Below are positions 44,469-59,489 of a DNA stretch of 64,000 nt, piece by piece (positions within the stretch are counted from its first letter, which is position 1; every line of letters starts with the position of its first letter). The translations under genes and the position numbers were made by a program. Location of the stretch: assembly GCA_951406725.2 (NCBI GenBank), contig OX597816.1, positions 163,742,001-163,806,000 of the forward strand. Direction: 5' to 3'. The DNA comes from Octopus vulgaris. Lineage: Eukaryota. The notes below the pieces were generated by a model that saw only the letters and a program-made list of their open reading frames with translations, searched no databases and was not told the DNA's origin.

Positions 44469-44513
<45 letters not shown>

Positions 44514-44790
44514 CGTACGGACGCATGTAACTATCTGATAGACTTGCTTCATCCGAGGTAGAGCAATTTTCTTTGATCTTATAAGAGTGAATTGCATAAA
44601 TGAGTAAGCAAGCGGTCGGTGTTATGTCGGATTTTGAAGATTAAACAATTGGGATGGATGTGTGTGTGTGTGTGTGTGTGTGCGTGTGAGTGTGAGCGCG
44701 CGCACGAGTGTGTGTGTGTTTGCGCGTGTCTGTGCGCGTGCGTGTACATTTGTATGCGTGTATGTATATGTTGAAGGTGAAATTTTATTT

Positions 44791-44827
<37 letters not shown>

Positions 44828-44830
44828 TAT

Positions 44831-44890
<60 letters not shown>

Positions 44891-44916
44891 GTAGATAGAT
44901 AGATAGATATACAGAC

Positions 44917-44991
<75 letters not shown>

Positions 44992-45024
44992 CAGACATGC
45001 AGACAGACAGACAGACAGACAGAC

Positions 45025-45093
<69 letters not shown>

Positions 45094-45220
45094 TGTTTCT
45101 TTATTAGCCACATGGGGCTGAACACACAGAGGGGACAAATTACAAAGTAGAGCTTTTCTTTTTGGGGAGAAAAAAAAGGGGGTAGGTTTTCGATCAAAAG
45201 GGATCGTAGAAAAGAAAGAT

Positions 45221-45393
45221 ATTAATAATGAAGGGTACTACTTGTTGCATGAGCATGCTAAACATAGCAGTCAAAATGACTCAAAAACCACAGTTTTTAC
45301 TTGTACACAAGAGCGAAATCGAGGTGGTTTTGAGTTGTCTTGACTGCTACTTTTAGCATGCTCGTGCTACCAGTTAAATCCTTCATTATTAAT
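45221..45393. mobile_element. MITE-like fold-back
   Basis: ATTAATAATGAAGG..GAGCATGCTAAA..TAGCAGTCAA mirrored imperfectly. Confidence 0.6.
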
Positions 45394-46313
45394 TAATAAT
45401 TTTGCCTTTGTGGTTCTTTTACGCATGCTAGCTATTGATATTATTGTTAATTATTAATACAATCCTAAGATAGATAAATAGATGCATATATACATACATA
45501 CATACATACATACATACATACATACATACATACATACATACATACATACACAAACACACACACACACATACATACATACATACATACATACATACATACA
45601 TACATAGATACATACACACATACATACATACATACATACATACATACATACATACATACATACATACATACATACATACATACATACATACATACAAACA
45701 CACATACATACATACATACATACATACATACATACATACATACATACATACATGCATGCATGCATACACACATACACACATACATACATACATACATACA
45801 CACATACATACATGCATGCATACATACATACATGCATGCATACATACACACATGCATACATACACACATACATACATACATACATACATACATACATACA
45901 TACATACATACATACATACATACATACATACATAGATACATGCATGCATGAATGCACGCATACATACATACATACATACATACATACATACATACATACA
46001 TACATACATACATACATACATACATACATACATAAAATACACAGTGAGATAGTTTGACAGACAGAAAGACAGGTACATTGATAGAAATATAGATCGACAG
46101 ACAGATAGATGGATTACCTGATAGAAAACACGCATCCGCAAAGCAATATATATATATTGCTTTACCGATGTGTGTTCTATCTGTTTATATATATATATAT
46201 ATATATAAAATTTAGAGGATGTAAAAATTATTAATCTTCGAATTTTTTAAAAATATGCTAGGCCACTACTGGTTTTGATTAATATCAATTTCTACCCGTA
46301 TTTAATTTTATAT

Positions 46314-46370
<57 letters not shown>

Positions 46371-46374
46371 TATA

Positions 46375-46630
46375 TGAACACGAAAATATCAATGCTAGAT
46401 ATAGATCAAATCGTCATTCACCACAAAAGATTATGTTCTCAGATCAAACTCAACACAAAACCATAGAATAAACAAGTGAAAAATATACGAAATTTCGTAT
46501 ATTTCGTATATTTTTCACTTGTTTATTGCTATGGTTTTGTGTTGAGTTTGATCTGAGAACATAATCTTTTGTGGTGAATGACGATTTGACGTCTATATCT
46601 AGCATGTTGACTGTCCACTTTTCGTGTTCA
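46375..46630. repeat. ~256 bp near-perfect palindrome in (TA)n context
   Basis: Arms meet at ATACGAAATTTCGTAT with a duplicated ATTTCGTAT. Confidence 0.9.
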
Positions 46631-46728
46631 GTCCTTAATTGGTATATATAAATATTTTAATCTTCGGATTCTTTTTTAATATGCTAGACCACTGGTCTTA
46701 ATTGATAAATATCAATTTCTACCCTTAA

Positions 46729-46788
<60 letters not shown>

Positions 46789-46935
46789 GAGCTCAAATTC
46801 TGCGAAGTCGACATTGCCTTTCATCCTTTCGGGGTCGATAAATTAAGTACCAGTTGCGTACTGGAGTCGATCTAATCATCTGGCCCCCGTATTCAAAAAT
46901 TTCGAGAGTAGAAATGAATACATACATACATATAC

Positions 46936-46982
<47 letters not shown>

Positions 46983-47270
46983 CAAAATATGGCGGTTTAG
47001 TTCACAGGTGATCGAAACGACTAAGTACGCTGGATAAGTTCTGTAACGGAATACCAGGGCTACAAGGTTATAGCCGAGACGGGAGTTATGGAACCATTGT
47101 AAGTTTACAATATTGCAGATATGTTTGTTAAAGAGGACAACAGATGTTAAGGCAAGCTAATCACGTCAAGTCATATACGTTATTTTATACATATATATAT
47201 ATACATACATACATACATAGATAAATATGCATATAATATACACACACACGCATGTATATTTATGTATGTA

Positions 47271-47351
<81 letters not shown>

Positions 47352-47355
<4 letters not shown>

Positions 47356-47465
47356 CCGGGTTCAATCCCACTGCGTGGTAACTTGGGCAAATGTCTTCTA
47401 CTATAGCCTCGGCCCGACCAAAATCTTGTGAGTGGATTTGGTAGACGGAAACTGAAAGAAGCCCG

Positions 47466-47505
<40 letters not shown>

Positions 47506-47725
47506 GTGTGTGTGTGTATTTGTGTGTGTGTTTGTTCCGCTTCCCTTCCCGCATCATCGCTTGACAACTGACGCTGGTGTGTTTACGTCCCCGTCATCTA
47601 GCAGTTCGGCAAAATAGACCGATAAAATAAGTTCTAAGCTTACAAAGAATAAATCCTGTGGTCTTTTTGATCGACTAAAGGCGGTGCTTCAGCATGGCCA
47701 CAGTCAAATGACTGATGTAAAGGAA
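47352..47725 (+). mobile_element. SINE family 2 copy (head truncated)
   Basis: Homology to other copies. Confidence 0.8.
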
Positions 47726-47738
47726 TACAAAAAAGATG

Positions 47739-47770
<32 letters not shown>

Positions 47771-47906
47771 CATAAATTGTATATATATATATATAATTTT
47801 ACTGAACCTTCAGCTTTTTATATGCTAGACCAATGGTGTAAAACTGATGTTAATTAAACTGATATCAACTTTCTCCCCCTTATTTTAAATATATATATAT
47901 ATATAT

Positions 47907-47989
<83 letters not shown>

Positions 47990-48152
47990 TATAGATAGAT
48001 AGATATACATATATACATACATATATATATATACATATATATATACTTATATATATATACATATATACATATATACATATATATATATACATATATATAC
48101 ATATATATATATATATATGTTAATATATATATATATTTATATATACGTACAT

Positions 48153-48207
<55 letters not shown>

Positions 48208-48468
48208 CATATACAGACATATATATATATATATATATATGTATATGTATATCAATAATAATAAAAGGTAAAATTAATTAATCAATTACTAATTAATAAT
48301 TTTACCAAGTTGTTCGGTATGCTAAAAGAACTATTATCGGTAAACCTTATACAAAAAATCGTATGGTAGTGGAATATTATTTTAACTACTATTTCTAAAT
48401 TTCGGTATGTGGTGAAGCAATTTTTGCTGAACCCTAATTATAATTATGTTTATAATTATAGAATTTTT

Positions 48469-48515
<47 letters not shown>

Positions 48516-48526
<11 letters not shown>

Positions 48527-48664
48527 GAAATGAGGTACTCAGATAATCGGATGCTTTATATTTACAGATAGTTATTTGTATATTACATTTTTTATACATC
48601 TTATATATATCATCTGTAAATATAAACCATCCGATTTTCTGAGTACCTCATTTCTTCTAATATA
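48516..48664. repeat. Fold-back inverted repeat (~53 bp arms)
   Basis: TTAGAAGAAATGAGGTACTCAG..TTTACAGAT mirrored. Confidence 0.85.
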
Positions 48665-48691
48665 AAATACTTGTACATCATCTCCAAACCT

Positions 48692-48759
<68 letters not shown>

Positions 48760-48761
<2 letters not shown>

Positions 48762-48817
48762 TATATTGACAACGAAATGAACCTTCGGTTCTAATCCAGA
48801 AACGATTCGTCTATAAT
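48760..48817 (+). ncRNA. Hammerhead candidate with U3-A8 core
   Basis: ATTATA-TTGACAA-..GAACC-TTC-GGTTC..-GAAA-CGATTCG-TC-TATAAT; weak base of stem II. Confidence 0.45.
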
Positions 48818-48994
48818 TAATCCATAGGCTGGGATTTCGTTATTTTCTGCCTTTTTTTGCCATATACAGCTTACAAATTCTGTTTGTTTGTGGAGACTTT
48901 TATTAGTAGAGGAAATAGTGATCAATTTTGGCTGCTATTTCTAATATTTTCGGTATGTGGTTTTGAGCAACTTGTTGCAATTAACCCTTAATTA

Positions 48995-49035
<41 letters not shown>

Positions 49036-49684
49036 CAAACACTCAACACCACATACGCAAGGACAGACAAAACTGTACACACATTGACTAAATTGATTTC
49101 TGTCAACATAGACCAGCATACTGAAGTGACTTTCCTCCACATCATCCCGGCCCTGTTCTCTCCCTTCTCTCTTCTCTCTCTCTCTCTCTCCGGTGAGCCT
49201 GATGTATCCCAGTTGGAAGCACTAAGGCGGTAGTAACAAAACTAACTGGGGTTTTTTTTTCAATTCTTTGAACAAGGAGCTGTGTAGAGAAGGAAGGAAG
49301 GAACGAGCGAGCGAGAGAGGAAGGGAAGAATATAGGTGAACAAATGAGGGCGAGAATGAGTGCAAACAATGTCAGAATACGAAAACGAAAACGAGGCTGA
49401 GTGTCAATGGTGGTGGCGGTGGTTGTGTGTGTGTGGGGGGGGTTGTGGTGGTGATGGCGGCGGCGGATGTAGAGTCCCGAAAGATTAATATTACAGTAAA
49501 AATGAATGAATATACAATATATACATATATATATATACTCATATATATATATACATATCTATATGCACATATATTTGTGTATATATGATTGTGTATGTGT
49601 GTGTGTATATATATGCATATATACACATACCTATTTTATATACATATATAAATACAAGCACACACATGTATATGTGTATGTATA

Positions 49685-49804
<120 letters not shown>

Positions 49805-49821
49805 AATGGTACAACAAGGCA

Positions 49822-49871
<50 letters not shown>

Positions 49872-50330
49872 TATACACACACATATATATATCAACCACA
49901 AACGCGTCATTTTAGCACAACGACAGCAACGACTCGAGACTAGACAGAAGACGTTAGTGATGGTAAAGAAGGTGGCAGAAACAGTAACAACAAAAGTGAG
50001 TATTAGTAGGAGCAGGAGTAATGCAAAAACGAGAGAGGGGGAAAGAGAGGAGAGATGAAAGGATAACATTAAAGAGAGAGAAAGGTAAAAGAAGCATTGA
50101 AAGGCTAAGGATGAAGAGAGAGAATCAACAAGGAGGTTGGTGGTGTACAGATGTGAAGGACAGAGACGGCGGGAGAAAGAGTCTGAGGAAGGGGAGTAAT
50201 TGTGGGAGAAGAAAGAGTTGTGACAGTTAATAATGTAAGAGAAGGTGTGGAAGAAAAGAGAGAGGCGGAGGTGGTGATAGAGGGGAAAAGAAACAGCCCG
50301 AATATGAAAGGTCATGGATATATATATATA

Positions 50331-50364
<34 letters not shown>

Positions 50365-50793
50365 AGGTGTATGGATGTGAAGGCGGGGAGAGAGTTCATG
50401 GCGTTGAGGATTGAATGTGATGGTGTTGGTAGCAGCAAAGATGTCGGCAAGGCAGACGACAGGCACAGCAGTATTATTAATGGTGATGGTGGCGGTAGTG
50501 GTGTTGGTAGTGATGGTAGTCACAGCAGCGGGATGGATGGATGGACGGATGGAGTCCCAGCAGAGACAGAGAGCAAGGAATCTGTGTGACACGGAGAAGC
50601 ATAAATAAAAAAAATATAGAATACATACATATAACGTTATAAAACCATTACGTTATATAAATATATATATATATATATATATAACGTAATGGTTTTATAT
50701 GTAGACGGATATGAAGTGGAGACGAACATGTCGTTACTATGTACCACGAGCTGGGTACTATAGGAAGGTATATATTTATATGCCGAGACTTGT

Positions 50794-50861
<68 letters not shown>

Positions 50862-51039
50862 GTCTATAAATTCATAAATCCGAATAAAGAAGCACACTCT
50901 AAGTTATAGAGCAGTATATATTAAAGTTAGAAAAGGCCGCTTAATAGGTATGCATATATATACATACATATATATATATATACATATAAATATTCACATA
51001 TATATGCATATATATATAATATGTATATATATATGAAAG

Positions 51040-51074
<35 letters not shown>

Positions 51075-53279
51075 ATGTGTGTGTGCTACATATCTATAAT
51101 GTTATACATACATATACATATTTATACGCACACACATATGTATAGTGCGAGCTGTTTTTGGCCAAAGGCACTCCAGTGGTGACCACCTTATAGTTGTTAT
51201 ATATGAAACTCATGAGTCGCGATTATTCAATGCGTTTTTTTTTTTTTTTAATGACATGTGTGATTGAAGTAATATTTTGCTCCCAGGAACTGGTTAATTA
51301 AAGTCCCTAATTAGAGCCGGTAATACTGATGCTTTTTCTTCTTATTCAGCCCCAAGTCAACCACGTTTAACGAGAGGTCCTTCTTTGCATGGCCATCACG
51401 TCATTTTTTAGTCGGAGAGGTGTGATTTGAGAGGTATCTGGCTGTTACTTCTAGCAGATATAACGGCTATATAGAAACTGCATCCTAAAGAAATCAACAC
51501 AAAGTAACGGTACGGATTTGTTGCAATATTTGAAACCAAAAATAAAAATTGTTATTAAAGACTAAGCCTTAAGTTTTAGTCGTTAAACCTGAAATAACGT
51601 CAGCAGATATTTCATTAGTACAAATAGTTATTCGCTTACAACAAACATTATGTTTAAATATTTATTCGTTGACTAAATTAAAGTTTTTGGATAATTCTCA
51701 GTTTTCATTTGGTACCGTTCATAAATAAAATGCTAAAAAAAAAGGACACAAATTCTCAAATGATGTTACTCGAACGATGCAAGAAAATAAAAAATTTATG
51801 TAAAAATATTTGTTTAAATACATTAATTTTTCTAAAGGGAGCAGGAATAGATACAGGATTTGTATTTATTTTTTACGACCGCGAGGAAATGAAAACGAAA
51901 TTGACGCCGAAATAAACGAAATAAAATCTATCCGATGAAGCCACTGTTTCGTCATATCTACAGATTAAGGCCCCAGACTTTGTTTCCTCATAACGATTTG
52001 AGAAGTGCATATTTTAAAATGAAATTTTTCATTGAAATGTTTTTGATATTGTAAATTACGATTAAGTGGGTAACATTTAAACAAATACAGACGTTTTGAT
52101 CATTGTTTCTTTCTCCACTCCCACATATTTCTCCTTATAACTGTCATTAAACCTTTATCTGTCTTGTGCATCACAAATAAGACCCAGGACATCTTTCCCT
52201 GGTATTCATGCACCAGAGTATCTTGGGACTTATGAAAGGAAAGCTTTATTATTACTCAGAATGTATGAAGCAAAGGCTAATCTGAAAGCAAGCCTGGTCG
52301 TTTAGGACAAACATGAAAATGTGTTAGAAGGGTAAATGTTTAAAATACGTATTTTACAATGAGATTTTGCAGAGGTATATTTTCAAGATGACAAAATATC
52401 GATGTTTCATCCATGTAAATATGAAAAAACAAAAGACAAAACAATAGAAAGTGCTTAATTTACAGAAACTGATCATAAGAAGATCGATAGGTGGGTAGAA
52501 AAAAATTTCCAAAATTACACCCCATCAAAATATTTTTTTCTTTTAAATTTTAATAACACAAAATATAATTCGCACCCTTTAAAGCCTATCTGCAAAATTT
52601 CATTTAAAAATATCCATTTTTCAGAAACCTATGGGGAAAGAAAATCAAGTTACTAAGACACCAAACTGTAAATATACCGCTGGTTCTCCAATCCCACCGT
52701 AGGACCCACCCTTCAGCTAGTTATTTTTGTTGTTAATAATTAGATCAACCCTCATTATATGTGTATCTAGGACGATAGTATCCGGGGTGCAACCGTTAGA
52801 GTTAGATTCGAAGGAGATTTGGCTGCTATTTCTAGAAGGTCACAGGCATTATAGCATAGCGGCTCCCACGTTAGCTTAGTCCAACAGACAGAATTTATCA
52901 GCATGCTTGTAACAAACTGTGCGTTAAACGACACTAAATTTCGCCTCCTTTTTCTTCTTTTTTCCTCTTTTTAGTTTAGTAGTAGCAACTTAAGATCTGC
53001 TGCAACGGTAGCCTCATGGAATAATGGCGGTGAAGATGGCGGGGGATTAAGAATATTACGAAGAAAGAGAGGTTCCTGATTGGTGAAACAGAACTGGCTG
53101 ACAAAACATCATCTTACAAACAGCAGAGAAGAAGGATCTATGGCCTACTTGTGCTGTATTTGTAGGAAAGATCTCTCAGTCAAGAGTCGAACAGAACAGG
53201 AGGAAGGAGAGCTATTGATATAGGGATACAAACACACATACTTATCAGGCTACATATATATACATGTATGTGTACTTTT

Positions 53280-53348
<69 letters not shown>

Positions 53349-53366
53349 CTACTTTCAGCTCACGAG

Positions 53367-53409
<43 letters not shown>

Positions 53410-53532
53410 GTTATATACATACAGTTATACATATCTACATATGTATATATACATATATATACATATATATACATATATATACATACATATTGCATACACA
53501 TTCACATGCATACATACTTGCATACGTACATT

Positions 53533-53584
<52 letters not shown>

Positions 53585-54050
53585 AGCGTACAGACAGGTA
53601 GACAGGCAGACAGAGTTATTTGCAAAAAAAAAAATAAGAAAATGGAGAGACAAATATAACAAGAAGATAATGTAGGTTAGAAGTGATTTGATGGTTGGAG
53701 GTTGGTTAGCCTAGAAACAGCCATTAGACATGTTTACGACGTAGACAGACACTTAGACAGACAGACAGGCAGGCATGAGGGAGAGAGAGAGAGTGTGAGG
53801 GGCGAGAGAGAGAGAGTATAACACATACACACACACACACAGAGAGTATCGAAATAAGTATGTGTAAAGAAACAAACCGGGTGGATGGGTAGGAAGGAAA
53901 AACTGTGTCACCGTGTCTTTTTCTTCTTTTTTTTTTCTTTTTTCTTCCTTTTTTTCTTTTCTTGTTTCATCACTCACTAAAACCTTGTAGAAAGTGGGAA
54001 CGAATGGATGAGGGAGAAGAGAAGAACAAGAAGAAAAAGAAGGCGACGAC

Positions 54051-54084
<34 letters not shown>

Positions 54085-54302
54085 ATGGTGGTGGTGGTGG
54101 TGGTGGTGGTGGTGGTGGTGGTGGTGGCGATGAAAAATTTGGTGTTGTAGAAGAATGAAAGGATGAAATTACTAATCGACGTACCTGATTGATTGTTTTA
54201 CCAATAATGGCTTGTTTCTCAGCCCTGTGATCAGAAAATACACTTTGGCACATCACAAATATTATAATTTTTTTTTTATTGTATGTGTGTGTGTTTGTAT
54301 GC

Positions 54303-54333
<31 letters not shown>

Positions 54334-54343
54334 TTTAAGAAAA

Positions 54344-54391
<48 letters not shown>

Positions 54392-54627
54392 AATGTGTGT
54401 GTGTGTGTTGATAGCCTTTCTGTGAGTATTTCTGGTGTATATATATATATGTGTATATATGTGTGTGTGTGTGTGTAGACAGTATGTGTATAATGTATGT
54501 GATTTATATAAATAATTCATATATATGCGTGTTGTTTATGTATGTTAATAAACGTGTATATATAAATTTATGTATGCATATATATATTATATATACATCT
54601 ATATACACACATATATATACATATATG

Positions 54628-54662
<35 letters not shown>

Positions 54663-55520
54663 GCATACATATATATACATATATACACATATATATGTCG
54701 TACAATAAATATTATATATTTGTATATATAATATTTATTTACGAAGAATAACATACACCTACATTATTTATATAAAACATGTTTTTTTTTCCATCCATAT
54801 ATTGCTATATATGGAATTATCTCCAGCTTTTCTTGAAATACAACTCCAAACGGTTCCTTTAAACATATCCAATAATTAATTCCTGCTTCCATTGTTTACG
54901 CATCAAAATTCTTTTGTCTCATCGTATCGCCATTTTTTTTTAATATATATATATATTTTCGCCTTTATCCGCTCTATTTCGTTTCGTTTCGTTTCATATT
55001 TTTTTCTCCTTTTATCATTAATTATTTTTAATGCACCCTTTCGTCTCAGAGGCCACTACTGTATATATTTAATTTATGCCCTGTAGCCTTTTCTATACGA
55101 CTTAATACGACTATACATACAGTTGTGTGTGTATTTGTATGTGCATATATGCATGTATATCTGTATGTAGACATTTGTATTCGTATATTTTTAGTTGTCT
55201 GTCATTTCGTTTCGTCTTTCAATATTTTTATGTTTCTTCTTTTTTCTCTCTATTCTTAATCTGCTGCACGTTGACAAGTTGAAAGGTTTAACGTTTTCTA
55301 TTTCCGATTGATTAGAGCAATCGATATATTTTCCTTCATATATATATATATATCTGTGAGTGTGTGCGCGCGCGCGTTTTATGTTCTGCTTATTTCGGTC
55401 AGTGGAGTGAGACCATGCTGGGGCACCGCATTCGTGGATTTACTCCAACAACAGACGTCCCAGGAAATATTTTCTGATAATTATATTAGTTTCTTATTGC
55501 CGAGCTGCTACGGTATAAAC

Positions 55521-55591
<71 letters not shown>

Positions 55592-55601
55592 CATACATAC
55601 A

Positions 55602-55635
<34 letters not shown>

Positions 55636-55720
55636 CATACATACATGCATACATGCATATATGTACGTATGTATATATATATATATATATATATTTCCAC
55701 CCCGACATCCGAAACTCGGA

Positions 55721-55787
<67 letters not shown>

Positions 55788-55974
55788 GTATATACATACG
55801 TACATATATGTATGTAATATGTGACAATTATTCGGTAGCCATAATAAAACTCCGAGTTTCGGATGTCGGGGTGGAAATCCACGCCACCATCGGCCATCGG
55901 AAAAAATGCTATGAAAGAAATATATAAATAGTATTTTTAAAATTTGTTTTAGTTATTTCACTGCGAACAAATGC

Positions 55975-56156
55975 TTGAAACCGCCTTTAGTCGAGCAAAT
56001 CGACCACAGGACTTATTCTTTGTAAGCCTAGTATTTATTCAATCGGTATCGTTTGCCGAACCGTTAAGTTACGGTAACGCAAACACGACAGGATCGGTTG
56101 TCAAGCGATGGTGGAGGGACGCACACAATTACACAAACATACACACACACACACAC

Positions 56157-56248
<92 letters not shown>

Positions 56249-56253
56249 TATGT

Positions 56254-56291
<38 letters not shown>

Positions 56292-56651
56292 AAGGGAAAG
56301 TTTACGAAAATAAACAAAAGACGAAGGCAGGTGGTGTACAAACAAACAAATGTATTAGTATAGCGCTCAGGAATAGAAAAGGGCTTTTACGTTTCGAGCC
56401 TACGCTCTTCCACAGAAAGATACACAGAAAAAAAAACAAGGAGAGAAAAAAAGTGCATGTAGTAGCTAACGATCTATCATGGTGATATGTCGGGCTTCTT
56501 TCAGTTTCCGTCTACGAAATCCAATCTTAAGGCTTTGGTCGGCCCGAGGCTATAGTAGAACACAACTCGCCCAAGGCGCCACGCAGTGGGACTGAACTCG
56601 GAACCATGTGGTTGGTAAGCAAGCTACTTACCACACAGTCACTCCTGCGCC
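55975..56651 (-). mobile_element. SINE family 2 copy with a nested family A element
   Basis: Homology; insert at 56294-56484. Confidence 0.85.
56294..56484 (-). mobile_element. HHR mini-element family A, full length; hammerhead at 56384-56420
   Basis: CTTT-CTGTGGA-AGAGCGTAGGCTC-GAAACGTA-AAAG. Confidence 0.8.
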
Positions 56652-56910
56652 TCCTGCATGTATATTTACATATATAATAAGCACGCACATGCACACAAAC
56701 GTGCATATACTTTGGATATTAGGTTAGATTATAAACAATTATATGCGTAAACCTTTATTCATTAGTTCTGTTATTGTACATATTACAGACAAATATATGA
56801 ATATGTATGTATATCAATTAATTTTATTTATCACAATTACATTCTAATTATTATGCATTATTTGTGTTTTGAAACTCGCAAAGCTCCCTCTCTCTATCTC
56901 TCTCTCTATT

Positions 56911-56982
<72 letters not shown>

Positions 56983-57016
56983 ATATATAGGCATATATAT
57001 ATGTATATATACTTAT

Positions 57017-57061
<45 letters not shown>

Positions 57062-57230
57062 TGTATGTCGTGGGGATGTTAAATGTTTATATAAATACAT
57101 ACATGTAAGGTATTTGTACAAATATATTTGTATACATAAATATATACAAGCATGCGTATACCCACATCTACATATATAAATATACGTACATATATATATA
57201 TGTATATACATATACATATATACATACATT

Positions 57231-57304
<74 letters not shown>

Positions 57305-57663
57305 TTGTGTGTATATATGCATGTATGTAAAAATCCTTATTATTCCGTATGTTTATGTACAATATATATTTGCTTATATAAACGTTGTCTGCGAGCTTGT
57401 TATTTTTTTTTTTTTCATTTTATATTATTTATTTTGCATTTTGTATTTATATTTATATTCCCTCTTTCATCTTCTCTTTCAATATTGATTTGTTTATTGA
57501 TGGCTGAGCAAATGCAGTTTATCGATCTGCTTGTTGCTCGGTTAAGTCGTAGGTGTATAATACGGTCACACTCATACGTGACAAGTCACATACACCCATA
57601 CACGCAGGGTATATGGTGTGTATGTGAACACACATATTTACATATGTATGTCTATATATGTAT

Positions 57664-57697
<34 letters not shown>

Positions 57698-57733
57698 ATA
57701 TAAATATATGCATGTATGTATGTAAATAAATAA

Positions 57734-57778
<45 letters not shown>

Positions 57779-57897
57779 TGTACGTATATATATGTAATAT
57801 GCACTCATTATGCTAATTCTGTCGTTAATTGGTGGTGTGTAGAGGAAGAGGGTGTGAGTGAAGGCAGCTTGTGCAACAATGAATGGACAGAATTCTA

Positions 57898-57931
<34 letters not shown>

Positions 57932-58013
57932 GTATTTATATGCGTATGTATATATGTAATGTAACTATATGTATGTATATTACAAACGTGTTTATGCACG
58001 TAAATATATATAT

Positions 58014-58076
<63 letters not shown>

Positions 58077-58095
58077 TACATATATACACACACAC

Positions 58096-58152
<57 letters not shown>

Positions 58153-59468
58153 TTGTCTATCACAGCTCTTCCACCATTTTGATGACATCTTAAAGACACT
58201 GAGGGCTCCAACACCGATGTCATATACCTTGAGTTCAGCCTTTGACAAAGTCGACCACAACATACTATTAAAGAAACTATCCAACGCTGGAGTCAGTGGA
58301 AGCTATTACAATGGATAAAGTATTTCCTAACCAACAGGACCCAGCATATTGTGGTCGATGGCATCCACTCAAGACAAGCAAAAGGCATCAACGGAGTCCA
58401 GCAGAGTGCTGTGCTGGTTCCACTTCTTTTTATTGTCTATATCAATGACTTTGCAGATTCCATTAAACATAGCACCATTAAAATATTTGCAGATGACTCT
58501 AAGCTCCAGCAAGTCATTAAGGGTGTATATGATCCAACGATGCTTCAATCGGACTTATGCGCAGCAACCCAGTGGACCCCACCAAAAAAAACAATATGCA
58601 GCTGAGCGAAGAAAAATTTGAGCCCATCCACTTTGGAAGCGAGGGCAGACTCAAACAACAATATACACTACCGTCGAGAGACCTACTTGACTCGTCGGAT
58701 AATATCAGAGACTTAGGTGTAATTGTCGACAGCAACCTTAGCTGGGGTGTGTATATCAACAAAAAAAGTCGATGTAGCCTGCAGAATGTGCTCATGGATC
58801 ATCAGAACTTTTCAATCTAGGGATCGTGAAACCATCATCTTTTTCTTCTCTACATTCACTAGGCCCCATCCCGAATACTGCTGGCCATTGTCGTTCCCCC
58901 CTACAAAAAACAAGACATAATGAGGATTGAATCGCCACAAAGATCAATCGCTAAAAAAATAAATGGTCTGATGAGACTTGGTAGTTGTGCTCGACTTAAA
59001 CAGCTGAAGTTCTATTCTCTGCAACACCGCCGTGAGCGATACATCATTCGCACCTTGTGGAAAATATTCTACCAATATTAACCCAACGATATCAGTATAA
59101 TGTTTACAATTCAGCCAAAACTAGGTCCCCGTTGGAATGCATCCCCTACAAAGGTCGAGGTCACATCACATAAGATCATTGCGACACAATTTCTTCACTG
59201 CAAATGGTGCTGCTCTTTTCAATGTTATCCCGAAAGAAATTAAAGTAGAAAAAGATCCACAACTTTCCAACAGTACCTGGACTAATTCCTTCAGGAAATA
59301 CCGGATAAACCACGTACACCTGGATACGTCTCAGCCAACAATAACTCTCTGCTTCAGTGGTCCATGGTGTCCAGAAATACTTAATTAAAAGACTTTTCCA
59401 TGTGGTTCTATTGAGCTAGTCATGGCCTGGGCCGATAATGGCCGAAACCAATCTAAGTTATCTAAGTC
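58153..59468 (+). pseudogene. 5'-truncated decayed CR1-group LINE (RT to 3' tail)
   Basis: DVIYL..AFDKVDH, GVQQSAVLVPLLFIVYIND, KIFADDSK, IRDLGVIVDSNL, WIIRTF motifs; frameshifts; ATCTAAGTT tail. Confidence 0.88.
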
Positions 59469-59489
59469 ATATATATATATATATATATC

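Noticed and set aside
51965-52660. DNA transposon with long TIRs (also 17270-17575, 20090-20320, 25840-26073)
   Set aside because: Only weak or one-sided terminal similarity; class and ends cannot be fixed by eye
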